IMG/VR virus record: IMGVR_UViG_3300020044_001866
Coordinates: 1 to 24,184 of that record
Source of the DNA: a virus
Taxonomy: Duplodnaviria; Caudoviricetes
Reading direction: 5' to 3' (one strand)
Length of the DNA: 24,184 nucleotides
The number at the start of each line of letters is the position of its first letter. Position 1 is the first letter of the stretch. The translations under genes were made by a program, and so were the position numbers. Below the pieces are notes generated by a model. The model searched no databases and had not been told where the DNA came from. It worked only from the letters and a program-made list of their open reading frames with translations. Positions 1 to 8,690 of this stretch are shown piece after piece.

Positions 1-68
1 TCAGGCGGGGTCATGACCGTGGTCATGTTGAGCAGGCTGGTCAACGCAGGAGGTACATATTGGTTCAT
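1..68 (-). CDS. 5' end of a gene running off the window (MNQYVPPALTSLLNMTTVMTPP...)
   Basis: ATG at 68-66 overlaps the TAA of the preceding gene (TAATG coupling); frame open to the window edge. Confidence 0.6.
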   Translation of the reverse strand, partial: MNQYVPPALTSLLNMTTVMTPP

Positions 69-415
69 TAGCTGGTCCTCAACTGGGCTATGAGGGTGTT
101 AACTGTATCTCGCAGCACGGCGACATCATACGCCAGTGTCTGGATATCTTGCAACGCCTTTACGTAGTCTGACAAAAGTGGGACGGCTACACCGCTAACC
201 TTTGCGCCAACTGCCTTAGCAGTTAAACCATTGAAAGTATTCGATGCCTGTGCGGTCGTAATGCCTCCGGAAAGCAAAGCTACGCTGGCCCGGTCGGGCT
301 CACCCCGCTGGTTGGTCAGAAGCTCGACATTTTCCTTGAGCGCATACAGGATACGTGCCAGTTGCGGCTCGGTGCTCTCTAAAGAGACAGACGGGATACC
401 GGAGAACCTAGCCAT
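68..415 (-). CDS. Hypothetical virion protein, C-terminal coiled coil (115 aa)
   Basis: TAATG-coupled to the nozzle-like gene; heptad-like C-terminus LQDIQTLAYDVAVLRDTVNTLIAQL. Confidence 0.7.
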   Translation of the reverse strand: MARFSGIPSVSLESTEPQLARILYALKENVELLTNQRGEPDRASVALLSGGITTAQASNTFNGLTAKAVGAKVSGVAVPLLSDYVKALQDIQTLAYDVAVLRDTVNTLIAQLRTS

Positions 416-3075
416 TATACAGCCGCCAATCCAATGGGGGTTTCAGCAATGTGAATAGCCCGGACACGTACTGGACTGTAAATTTCAACTTCAAATGTAT
501 CGCTCTTATATCCAGTTGGTAGCCGGAAGATGCCGCTGTCAGTACGGACTGTCGTAAAGATAAGCTGCTTGTTGATATACAGGTTAAATATGATCGGCAA
601 GCCGCCGTCCCACTGAAGGTCGTACGTATTCCAATTATCGTTTATGGTTTCCCAGATCGGACTATCTATACCGCCGGGGCTGTAGTCGGCAACGACACGC
701 GCAGCGCCAAGGTTCATCGGGGCATCAGTTATGAACACCTTCGACTTCCAGCGCATGGTCATGTTCTGCGGGGTGGGGTTATCCCACTGGTAGATATCGC
801 CGCTGGTGCCGACCGCCGTGTAGAGCGAGTTGGTCTCGTTGTCGTACCACGAAGCACTGTACTGAAAATCAAGGTCAACGAAAGACAGGCCAGTGCCGCC
901 TTCGCCTTCGACGGCCTCTAGTGTAAGGGCCGCAGTAGCGGTCGATCCGATGTAGTTTTCTTTATAGACCGCCCCAACGATTTCCTCAGGGTTTACGTCC
1001 GCGTTCCATGTATCGCTATAATGGACAACTCTGGTCAGAAGCTGAGCACCGCCGCCACCATATACGGCGAGGCCGTCATGCGTAGCCCATACAACACCGA
1101 AACCCGTAGCGACAACGGATGCCGCACTCACACACGGATACATTACAGCAAGTTTCTGCGCGACCATAGTGGCCGGATAGTTACCCTCAACGATGTATGG
1201 GTAACCCCTAGTCAGTACCAATAGAATACCGCCAATAGCAGCAAGAGCCACGATGTCGTACTCAAACGAAATACGGTACTGGCTGGGCCATGCATGGTAC
1301 TGACCCGGCTCACAGAAGTATAGATCGTTACCAACAAAGCCAGCCATCATCTGGTTATGCAAAGCGATAATGCCCTGCATTCCTTCGGGCGGTGCCTCAT
1401 ACTCAGTCGAAGACAGCAGACTGGTTAGACTGAGATAGCTGAAGTCATCAGTAAAAGTATAAACACCACCGTCACCCCAGTAACGAGCAGCATCCGTTTT
1501 GCGTTCAGCGACATCATAATAGACAAGCCCAGTTACGGTTGTCGTAGTGACGGTACCGCCAGCTAATGTGTACTCAAATGCCTTGCCACTGACGATCCGC
1601 GTAACAATAGCACCGGTAAGACTAAGGCTCGGAATAGTGTTGCACACAACCTTGAGCCGATCACCCACAATCAAATTGTGGTAGTCAGCCATAGTGACAC
1701 GGACAGTGTTGCTCGTACGGCTAATCTGCGACATAGCAGCGGGGAACCACAGTGTCTTGAGCAAGAAGAACCCACTGCCAGCCGTGGAACTCAGAGAACG
1801 ATATAGTTTGACGCCGCGAATATTGTTTTTACCGGCAGGAGCGGCAGTCGGCAGGCCAGTGATTATCGCGGTCTGGCCTTCGCGCATGTACACGGGATCG
1901 GTCGGCTCAGAGCCAATGCTCTCCTCGCGCCACGGGGTGTACCACGTATAAAGATACGAGCGCCCTTGCACCTGATCACCGAGATCGACGGTGCCGACAA
2001 CGAGATAAACATTGACGCTACCGCTGGTCGTAGCAGATACAGGCAGAATGACCGTGAAGGTATTCGCGTTTACAACCGTAACATCGTAGGTACCAGACGT
2101 GGCGGTACCGGATGTGAAGTTCAGATAGACAAGCTCACCGGATGCAAGGCCATGGGCGCTAAGCGTAATTGTTGCCGTAGCACTGGCCACCTGTGTGTAA
2201 GTGCCAGCGCGAATTACTGTCGTTGTGGCAATCTCGGGACCAAAAGCAAAATAAGAGATCGTCGTGCTGTTGATAACCGAAACAGACGCAATCGTGTTGA
2301 GGTCGCGGATATCCCACTTTACTTTGCTGGTACTAGCGATAGCACCGGAGGCAGTATCGGTACACGTAAACGTATTCGGTCCAGTTACATTTACGGTATA
2401 GTTATTTGTTGTTGCCCCGCCGGAAGTGAATTCCAGAAAAACAGTGGCACCAGTTGTGAGGCCGTGGTTCGAGATCGTGACTGTAATCTGTGTGCCCGTA
2501 CGCGAATACGTACCGTCGCGGTTAGAAAAACCGCTGATCGAGGCAACAGCGCCAGTCTTCAGATTATGCGGCGCAACCGTCGTTAGCGTGACCTGATTAG
2601 CGTTGTCACGGGCGTAGCTGACAACCGTAGCTGGCGTAAACGACACGACCGAAATAGTCGGCCTAGTCGTCGGAAGGGGAAGCCCGAGATCATAGTAATC
2701 AACGGGGTAAGGGCCGGATGCGCTACCCGTAGTAGCCAGAGAGTAGTTGCTGACCTTGGGTACGCCGTCACCCGTGTAATAGAACCGCCGTTCTTCAAGT
2801 TCGTCAGTGGACGGCGTGGCAATCGACACAAGCGAAGTAAACGACAACCACTTGATCGGTGAACCGGTACCAGCCGTGCTCTCACGCAGACCATAGATGG
2901 TGCGAACTGTTCCGCTACGGTTACTGTCCGCTACAGATACAGGCTCAGGATACGGGATCAGATCACCAGAATACAGCTTACCATTACGGGCAACCTGCGC
3001 GGCTGTATCCGCTAAAAGCTCAGGGCTATTACGGGGTGCCGTACCGATAAACTTAGTGATCTTGATAGCGACCAT
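415..3075 (-). CDS. Tail nozzle / tail tubular protein B-like (stabilisation protein) with inserted beta-rich repeat modules (886 aa)
   Basis: Follows two adaptor genes; beta-propeller-like C-half (GFVGNDLYFCEP..HAWP, WATHDGL, MRWKSKVF); four H[GN]LxxG modules in the N-half. Confidence 0.7.
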   Translation of the reverse strand: MVAIKITKFIGTAPRNSPELLADTAAQVARNGKLYSGDLIPYPEPVSVADSNRSGTVRTIYGLRESTAGTGSPIKWLSFTSLVSIATPSTDELEERRFYYTGDGVPKVSNYSLATTGSASGPYPVDYYDLGLPLPTTRPTISVVSFTPATVVSYARDNANQVTLTTVAPHNLKTGAVASISGFSNRDGTYSRTGTQITVTISNHGLTTGATVFLEFTSGGATTNNYTVNVTGPNTFTCTDTASGAIASTSKVKWDIRDLNTIASVSVINSTTISYFAFGPEIATTTVIRAGTYTQVASATATITLSAHGLASGELVYLNFTSGTATSGTYDVTVVNANTFTVILPVSATTSGSVNVYLVVGTVDLGDQVQGRSYLYTWYTPWREESIGSEPTDPVYMREGQTAIITGLPTAAPAGKNNIRGVKLYRSLSSTAGSGFFLLKTLWFPAAMSQISRTSNTVRVTMADYHNLIVGDRLKVVCNTIPSLSLTGAIVTRIVSGKAFEYTLAGGTVTTTTVTGLVYYDVAERKTDAARYWGDGGVYTFTDDFSYLSLTSLLSSTEYEAPPEGMQGIIALHNQMMAGFVGNDLYFCEPGQYHAWPSQYRISFEYDIVALAAIGGILLVLTRGYPYIVEGNYPATMVAQKLAVMYPCVSAASVVATGFGVVWATHDGLAVYGGGGAQLLTRVVHYSDTWNADVNPEEIVGAVYKENYIGSTATAALTLEAVEGEGGTGLSFVDLDFQYSASWYDNETNSLYTAVGTSGDIYQWDNPTPQNMTMRWKSKVFITDAPMNLGAARVVADYSPGGIDSPIWETINDNWNTYDLQWDGGLPIIFNLYINKQLIFTTVRTDSGIFRLPTGYKSDTFEVEIYSPVRVRAIHIAETPIGLAAV

Positions 3076-3078
3076 TCG

Positions 3079-3849
3079 TTATGCAAACCCATTGCTGCGG
3101 GCAGTCATGCTAGCACGAGCGTTACCTAGATTGGCGCGGGCCCGCCGCTCTGTCATACGGAAAAGGTACTGCCGCGCATGATAGGATGCCAGTGTGTTAT
3201 CGTTCCACACGACTTTTGGCATGACCAGAAGCTGCTGCAGCGCACCATGAACAAGCGCATCTTCAAGATCGCCCATCACGACTTCATCCATACCAGTGGC
3301 GGTACGCGTTGGTTTCAGGGCGTAGAACATCCGGATCGTATAAATACTATCGGTGCCCGGCATAGGCAACACAACATATTTGTCTGGAGTAAGCTGGGTA
3401 AGAACACGCGGCTCACCGCCGCCCTCACTAGCATCAGAGGGGATCGTAACAGTCGTACCGCCGTTGAACAGGGCATCGTTGTACTGATCGTCGTTGAAGC
3501 CATCCATAGGCGTAAGCGACCAGAGATCGGCGGTACTCACCCCGTTGAACTGTTGCGCCCACTCAGGGAACATTTCAATGGCGTCTTCCAAGACAACGCG
3601 CTGCAGCAAGCGACCATTACAGGTTGCACGAAACACTACATGCACATCTGTCTCAGGTGGCTTATCAAACAGATTGATATATGAGCCCGGCAGAATATCG
3701 AACGGCGGCTGCACATAGCGCCATGCAAGGGAAGTTTCGCAGGTGCGGATGGCCACATCGCGGATGTACTGCAGAATGAGCGGCTGCGGCGCGCCCGGTA
3801 CAGACGGCATGATCTTCGGTAACAGGGACGTGAATAGGCGAGTAGCCAT
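3079..3849 (-). CDS. Head-tail adaptor/connector protein (256 aa)
   Basis: VPGAPQPLI..IR..AI..C start, ALKPTRTA and ALVHGALQQLLVMP..W motifs typical of podophage adaptor-like proteins; gene order. Confidence 0.65.
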   Translation of the reverse strand: MATRLFTSLLPKIMPSVPGAPQPLILQYIRDVAIRTCETSLAWRYVQPPFDILPGSYINLFDKPPETDVHVVFRATCNGRLLQRVVLEDAIEMFPEWAQQFNGVSTADLWSLTPMDGFNDDQYNDALFNGGTTVTIPSDASEGGGEPRVLTQLTPDKYVVLPMPGTDSIYTIRMFYALKPTRTATGMDEVVMGDLEDALVHGALQQLLVMPKVVWNDNTLASYHARQYLFRMTERRARANLGNARASMTARSNGFA

Positions 3850-4514
3850 TAATACACCTCACCAAGTTGCGCGACCGGCGGGGCCGCAGAAAGGCCCGCC
3901 TGCTTCGTGTCATTGAGCGCCCGGTTCTGAAGCGATACACCAAGTTGCTGTGTGAAGCTATCCAAGAAGAGCTTGGCCCGGCCAGAACTGACATGCTCAT
4001 CGTCAACCGACGAAGCGAGGAACAAAACCCCATCAACCAAAGCGCCAAGGAAGCTGGTGGGCGGCTGATCAATAGACTGGTTGATCGTATAATCAGCAGG
4101 CGTTCTAGCATACTCACCGACAAGGGTAATGCCTGTAGACGGCTTCGGATACAGGAAGAACTTGGTGGGATTACGCACATGCCGCATGAAGTTTACCGGA
4201 GTTCCAGCCGCATCGGACATCCACGAGGGATACGCGCGCGAAATGGTCTCTCGGTCTACTTCCGTTACCGCATCACCGTCCTTGATCTGGAAGATGTCGA
4301 TCAAGCGATGGGCATCTGCAGGTAGCGTCTGCAGGCTGGCATTGGCAACTACAGTGATATCGCCAGTTGCCCCGAACAAGTCAGGGCGAAGGACAGCAGT
4401 ACGCTTAAGTGTCTGATTAACATAGCCGAGCAACATCGCATCGCTATAACGATACGGTATAGACGTGTCATTCAGCAATCGACGGCACTCGACTATGATA
4501 TCAGCGGGTGTCAC
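3849..4514 (-). CDS. Head-tail adaptor protein (DUF6682-like, 221 aa)
   Basis: II..CRRLLND...RYSD..LL.YVN......LRPD start and FFLYPKP motif, recalled from phage adaptor families; ATGA overlap with upstream gene. Confidence 0.7.
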   Translation of the reverse strand: MTPADIIVECRRLLNDTSIPYRYSDAMLLGYVNQTLKRTAVLRPDLFGATGDITVVANASLQTLPADAHRLIDIFQIKDGDAVTEVDRETISRAYPSWMSDAAGTPVNFMRHVRNPTKFFLYPKPSTGITLVGEYARTPADYTINQSIDQPPTSFLGALVDGVLFLASSVDDEHVSSGRAKLFLDSFTQQLGVSLQNRALNDTKQAGLSAAPPVAQLGEVY

Positions 4515-4786
4515 TTGTGACGCTTCCTCGTACGGACAGTAACTTCAGCGTTCAGTTCTTCGTTCGCCACGGGGGCGGGTTCCTCAGGGATCATATCCGT
4601 GAAGAGCCCAAGCTGTTCCGTATGCTTTGCCTTGATCTCTTCCATCTTGGCGATGATCTGCGGCGAAGCGTACTTCTCAGGGAATAGCTCTTCGTCTGTA
4701 ACAACGCGGAGCTTGTGATGCTTAACGAGGATTTCATGCCAGTCATACAGCGATCCATCCTCGACGTGCTGGAGCCAGAGCTTCAT
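4511..4786 (-). CDS. Hypothetical protein (91 aa, MKLWLQHVEDGSLYDW...)
   Basis: Start re-assigned to the ATG at 4786, just after the upstream stop; the track's longer start overlaps the 225 aa gene. Confidence 0.7.
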   Translation of the reverse strand: MKLWLQHVEDGSLYDWHEILVKHHKLRVVTDEELFPEKYASPQIIAKMEEIKAKHTEQLGLFTDMIPEEPAPVANEELNAEVTVRTRKRHK

Positions 4787-4793
4787 GATGTCA

Positions 4794-5471
4794 CTACTTC
4801 TTTGAACCGGGTTCTTCACCAATACGACCACGGGCACCACCCAAGGTACCGCCGCCGCTTGAACGGCTGGGGCTGGTGCCGCCACCTATACGACCACCCC
4901 CGCCGCCCGTAGGACCAGCCTCGCCAAAGCGGCGCTCCGCGTTAGCCATCATGGCACCGTAAGCCGTTCGTTCGGTCTTGCCCGCAACGCCGGGCTTGGA
5001 CACGCTGGTGCCCGTCGTCTTGCCCGTCGTGAAGCCGGTGGTATCGCCGGTGCGCGGGTTGATGGCCATGCGAGTGGGCTGCGTAACTCTGGTCGGTGTC
5101 GTAGACCCGCGAGTGATAGGCTTAGCGGCGGCAGGCGGCTTCTTGGCCGGAGCCTTTTTGGACGGGGCCTTCTTGGCCGGAGGCGTAACAGCGGCAGGCG
5201 GGGGCGCGAAAATAGACCCGATACCACGAGTTTTGGGCTTAGCTGTCGGCGCATAAGTGCGCGGGACATTCTTGGTGGGAGCGTTCACGTTCATATTACG
5301 CGAAATAGTCGTAGCGTAACTATCACGCGCATTTGGCGCGTAATCAGTCTTCTGACTGCGCGTCATCTCCGTACCATAGCTATTGCGTGCGCGCGACGAA
5401 TAATCAGTCTTAGCGCCTGCGCCCTGATAACCCGAGCCCGGTGACTTTCCTCTGGTAGAATTTCCGGCCAT
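4794..5471 (-). CDS. Basic, low-complexity G/T/R/K/P-rich disordered protein with histone H1-like PAKK repeats (225 aa)
   Basis: AGGAG RBS at 5481-5485; PPAKKAPSKKAPAKKP tract; Gly/Arg-rich C-terminus; duplicated KTDYxxxARxSY. Confidence 0.75.
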   Translation of the reverse strand: MAGNSTRGKSPGSGYQGAGAKTDYSSRARNSYGTEMTRSQKTDYAPNARDSYATTISRNMNVNAPTKNVPRTYAPTAKPKTRGIGSIFAPPPAAVTPPAKKAPSKKAPAKKPPAAAKPITRGSTTPTRVTQPTRMAINPRTGDTTGFTTGKTTGTSVSKPGVAGKTERTAYGAMMANAERRFGEAGPTGGGGGRIGGGTSPSRSSGGGTLGGARGRIGEEPGSKK

Positions 5472-5502
5472 TGTATGTGTCTCCTATAATCAGTGTGATT
5501 AT

Positions 5503-5727
5503 TTATCGCGTCGGCCCAACGGGGCGCTTGCGGATGGTCTGCTTAGTTATCGGACGGCGTGTCATTATCTGGCCGTCCTTAACGGTTGCGCCGCCGAGCG
5601 TATAACCAGCATTCATTGTAGCATCGAATGTACGCTGAAGAGACTGCTTGATTGCAGGGCCCCTTTTTGGCTTGCCAATCATGTATGTAGGTAATTCGCC
5701 ACCGGGACGCGGAATTCTATTGGCCAC
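5503..5727 (-). CDS. Small basic hypothetical protein (74 aa)
   Basis: GTG start preceded by AGGAG/AGGA; fills the gap between neighbours; Arg/Lys-rich. Confidence 0.65.
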   Translation of the reverse strand: MANRIPRPGGELPTYMIGKPKRGPAIKQSLQRTFDATMNAGYTLGGATVKDGQIMTRRPITKQTIRKRPVGPTR

Positions 5728-5746
5728 TGTTCCTATCTCCTAATGG

Positions 5747-6802
5747 TTACGCGATCCGATCCGCCACGACAATGGCAGACGGAGTGGCGGGGATAGCAGG
5801 CGGGCCCGTAACCGCCGCTGTATGGTCAATCGTGACGGCTACGTTCTCAGGAAGCCACATTACTTCGATGTACTGACCGGCAGTGACAGTATCGTAGAAT
5901 ACGATCTGAAAAAATATAGCGCCGCCATCAGTGGATTTTGGGACCGTGACACGCGTAGCGGAGCGGGCAATATCAGTACCGTTCTTGCGTAGCCATATGA
6001 TTACATCATGGTCAGAGTTATCTGAGTTGGCAAATTGCAGGTTAGGTGCAACCATGTAGGTCCCAGCGGCAGCAAAGGTAATGCGCGTCAGGTTCGTACC
6101 ATCCGTGACGATAGAAACTCCATTGCCGTTAATTTCGTTGGTGCCGAACTTGACCGCAGTCGGCGTAGTCGTGCTACCGGTCTGATCAGTAATGTCAGAG
6201 AATGAACCAAACGCACGGCCAGACAGTACACCGAACGAAACAGAGCCGCCTGTAATTGCGACGTTGCTGGCATCCTGCGTGGCAATGGTTCCGAGGCCGA
6301 GTGTCGTACGCTGCGCTGCAGCATCGGCGTCATCCAGAATGGCGCGGCCAGCGGCAGTGATAGTGCCTTCAGCCCAAGTATCTACGCCAGTCGTATAAGC
6401 GTACTTGTCGGCAGCCGTGCCGAGAGCAGCCAGAGATTGAAGCGTGGCATCATAAGCCTGCACGTTTGTGCCGATAGCTAGGCCAAGATTGGTGCGTGCA
6501 GTGGCAGCATCAGAAGCACCAGTGCCGCCATCGACAACAGCAAGATCAGTAATACCAGTGATCGAGCCGCCGGTAATCGTTGGGGTGGAAATAGCCAGCC
6601 CACTTGCGGGGGTAATGGGGGCAATAGAGTTACCGGTAAGACGGACGTTACCGATAGAAATAGAGCCATTCCCGACATTTAGTGCGGTAGCAATACCGTC
6701 ACCGGTACGCACTGGCTTTTCGGTAGCGGCCACACCGCCATCAAGATGCAGAAGCTGCCCGTACGTATCGCGTACCTTGGAGCCTGTAAGTGATGTCGGC
6801 AT
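5747..6802 (-). CDS. Tail fibre-like protein with C-terminal C1q/TNF-like head (351 aa)
   Basis: Fibre shaft motifs LAVVDGGTGASDAATARTNLGL and QAYDATLQSLA; C-terminal ITFAAAGTYMV..WLRKNG..AGQYIEV jelly-roll pattern. Confidence 0.75.
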   Translation of the reverse strand: MPTSLTGSKVRDTYGQLLHLDGGVAATEKPVRTGDGIATALNVGNGSISIGNVRLTGNSIAPITPASGLAISTPTITGGSITGITDLAVVDGGTGASDAATARTNLGLAIGTNVQAYDATLQSLAALGTAADKYAYTTGVDTWAEGTITAAGRAILDDADAAAQRTTLGLGTIATQDASNVAITGGSVSFGVLSGRAFGSFSDITDQTGSTTTPTAVKFGTNEINGNGVSIVTDGTNLTRITFAAAGTYMVAPNLQFANSDNSDHDVIIWLRKNGTDIARSATRVTVPKSTDGGAIFFQIVFYDTVTAGQYIEVMWLPENVAVTIDHTAAVTGPPAIPATPSAIVVADRIA

Positions 6803-6814
6803 GTATCCCTCTTG

Positions 6815-6845
6815 AATAAGAAGGTAGGGGGCCGGGGCCCCCTAC
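6815..6845 (-). terminator. Intrinsic terminator after the capsid/decoration genes
   Basis: 9-bp stem GTAGGGGGC/GCCCCCTAC with 4-nt loop, followed by CTTCTTATT on the minus strand. Confidence 0.7.
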
Positions 6846-6847
6846 TA

Positions 6848-7225
6848 TTACGAGGCCATAATGACCCAGTTCGTGCCATCGCTAACCAGCATGGCCCAAG
6901 CACCGGCGGTAGCGGCGAGAATAGCCGTACCGGCAGTATCAGAGTTAGCAGGCTTCACGTTGGACGAAGCCGAGATCACCGTATAGGTACCCGACAGGTT
7001 CTTGATGGTGACGACACGACCCGGAGCAGACGAAGCAGCCGGAAGCGTAACAGTCACGTTGGCAGCCGCGCCCTGCACAATCACGAAGTTTTCGTTCGCG
7101 CCAAGCGTAAACGAAGCCGTCTTGATTGCAGGCGGGGCATTGTTGGTAACACGCACACTCTGGAGAACGGCATTACCACTGGTAATGGTTACGTTATCCT
7201 GAGCAATGCCAGTATAAACACCCAT
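6848..7225 (-). CDS. Putative head fibre/decoration protein (125 aa)
   Basis: TVTLPAAS..GRVVTIKN and LVSDGTNW motifs of fibre-tip domains; strong RBS; near the capsid gene. Confidence 0.6.
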   Translation of the reverse strand: MGVYTGIAQDNVTITSGNAVLQSVRVTNNAPPAIKTASFTLGANENFVIVQGAAANVTVTLPAASSAPGRVVTIKNLSGTYTVISASSNVKPANSDTAGTAILAATAGAWAMLVSDGTNWVIMAS

Positions 7226-7242
7226 GAGTTCTCTCTCCTATG

Positions 7243-7267
7243 AAAGGAGGGGGCTTGCGCCCCCGCC
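7243..7267 (-). terminator. GC-rich hairpin / probable leaky terminator
   Basis: GGGGGC-GCAA-GCCCCC (GNRA tetraloop) followed by TCCTTT; short U tract. Confidence 0.55.
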
Positions 7268-7269
7268 AA

Positions 7270-7740
7270 TTACGTTGCGTTGGGGATCGAACCGGGGTTG
7301 GCCATGACATCCACCACGACGATGGACAGGAGCACACGGCACACATCCATACTATTGGAGTCAACCGTCATCACCACGTTGGTGTCAGCGGTGAGCGCAG
7401 CCGCCGTAGTAGCAGCAACGATGGTATTCAGCGTGGTGTTGCAGTCGAAATTGCTGGCAAACAGCGTGAGCGAACCCGTGATGCCGAGGTCGATGGTGGC
7501 AGTAGCACCTTCGGCCTTTAGCAACTTGACCATACCACCGAGGATCATGGAACCCTTTGGCAGGGTCGCAAGCACGAGCGTGTCGGTAGCAGCCAGTGCG
7601 GTAGCACCGGCAGCCGTACGCGCGGCAGCGATCTTGGCAAAGTCGATGGTGTAGTCCATCACATTGAAGTGATTGGTGTACGAGGAGGCAAGGGCGACAG
7701 AACCCTTATTAATGCCGAGGCTGTCAGTATATGCAACCAT
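7270..7740 (-). CDS. Putative capsid cement/decoration protein (156 aa)
   Basis: Immediately downstream of the capsid gene with AAGGAG RBS; beta-sandwich-like D.L.LATLPKG...ATIDLG pattern. Confidence 0.6.
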   Translation of the reverse strand: MVAYTDSLGINKGSVALASSYTNHFNVMDYTIDFAKIAAARTAAGATALAATDTLVLATLPKGSMILGGMVKLLKAEGATATIDLGITGSLTLFASNFDCNTTLNTIVAATTAAALTADTNVVMTVDSNSMDVCRVLLSIVVVDVMANPGSIPNAT

Positions 7741-7753
7741 TATTCAGGTCTCC

Positions 7754-8677
7754 TTAGAACTGCACGACAGCCATCGACAGTGCTTCCGGCTTAACGACCT
7801 TATAGCCGTAAACCTGAAGACCGCGAATGATGTCACCAAAAGTGCTTTCCGCGCGGATGCTCTCCATCTCCGTCATCTGCGATGCGAAGGTGAGGCCCAT
7901 CTTGGTACCAGCGATGATGCTGAACTTGCCGGAAGACACGTTGAGATTGTGGCTGACATAGACCGTGAAACGGTCGATCATACCAAGGCGACCGTTACGC
8001 ATGATCGACTGGCTGTCGCCAGACAGAGAAGCGTCCTTGAGTTCGGACTTCTTGATGAGACCAGCCATGCGGGCCGGGATCACGAGGAAGCGACCGCTCT
8101 CAGGGCAGTTATTCTCATCGAGCACGGTACCCATGTCAACGATCAGATCGGTCACCGGGGTCGTCGCACCAGCACCATCCTTGGTGACAGTGAGAGGAGA
8201 CACGGAAGTACCGAGGTTGAACGCAGCCGAGATACGACCAGCGGTCGCACCCTTATTCTGGGCAGAGATGTCGGGCAGCATGTCGGTCAGAACGCGCTGA
8301 TCGATCTTGACTTTCATCTGCTCGGACGCATCCTTGGACCACGTGTCCATGAGGTTGATGTCCGACTGCACCTTGTCGATGTCGTCTTCGACGCAAGCGA
8401 AATACTCGCCCTTGTCGATGAGAAGCTGCAGCTTCGGCTTGTCGGGGTTCTCCACGACAAGGTTCTGACCCTTGACGTAATCACGGATCGTGATGTTGGG
8501 CTGCGTACGGATGTTGACCGTATCGCCCTGACCCTTGATTTCGCCTTCGTAGTCCGTGTTAGAAATAGCCGCGAGAACAGTGGCATCGTAGAAGTTCTCG
8601 ATGAGCTTGCCCGACCAGATTTCCGGAATGAAGTTGCCGGAATAATTCGGGCGTCCGGGTGCGACAGGAAACGCCAT
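7754..8677 (-). CDS. Major capsid protein (HK97 fold, P22-coat-like, 307 aa)
   Basis: FIPEIWSGKL, NTDYEGEI..QGDTV.I and F.D.IRGLQVYG.KV..PEAL motifs; follows the scaffold gene. Confidence 0.92.
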   Translation of the reverse strand: MAFPVAPGRPNYSGNFIPEIWSGKLIENFYDATVLAAISNTDYEGEIKGQGDTVNIRTQPNITIRDYVKGQNLVVENPDKPKLQLLIDKGEYFACVEDDIDKVQSDINLMDTWSKDASEQMKVKIDQRVLTDMLPDISAQNKGATAGRISAAFNLGTSVSPLTVTKDGAGATTPVTDLIVDMGTVLDENNCPESGRFLVIPARMAGLIKKSELKDASLSGDSQSIMRNGRLGMIDRFTVYVSHNLNVSSGKFSIIAGTKMGLTFASQMTEMESIRAESTFGDIIRGLQVYGYKVVKPEALSMAVVQF

Positions 8678-8690
8678 TTATGTGCTCCGT

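Noticed and set aside
4787-4885. N-terminal extension of the 124 aa ORF
   Set aside because: Overlaps the 3' end of the 225 aa gene; the ATG at 4786 fits the operon better
7741-7790. Programmed frameshift or read-through extending the capsid protein
   Set aside because: No slippery sequence seen; TAA stop, and the next gene has its own AAGGAG RBS
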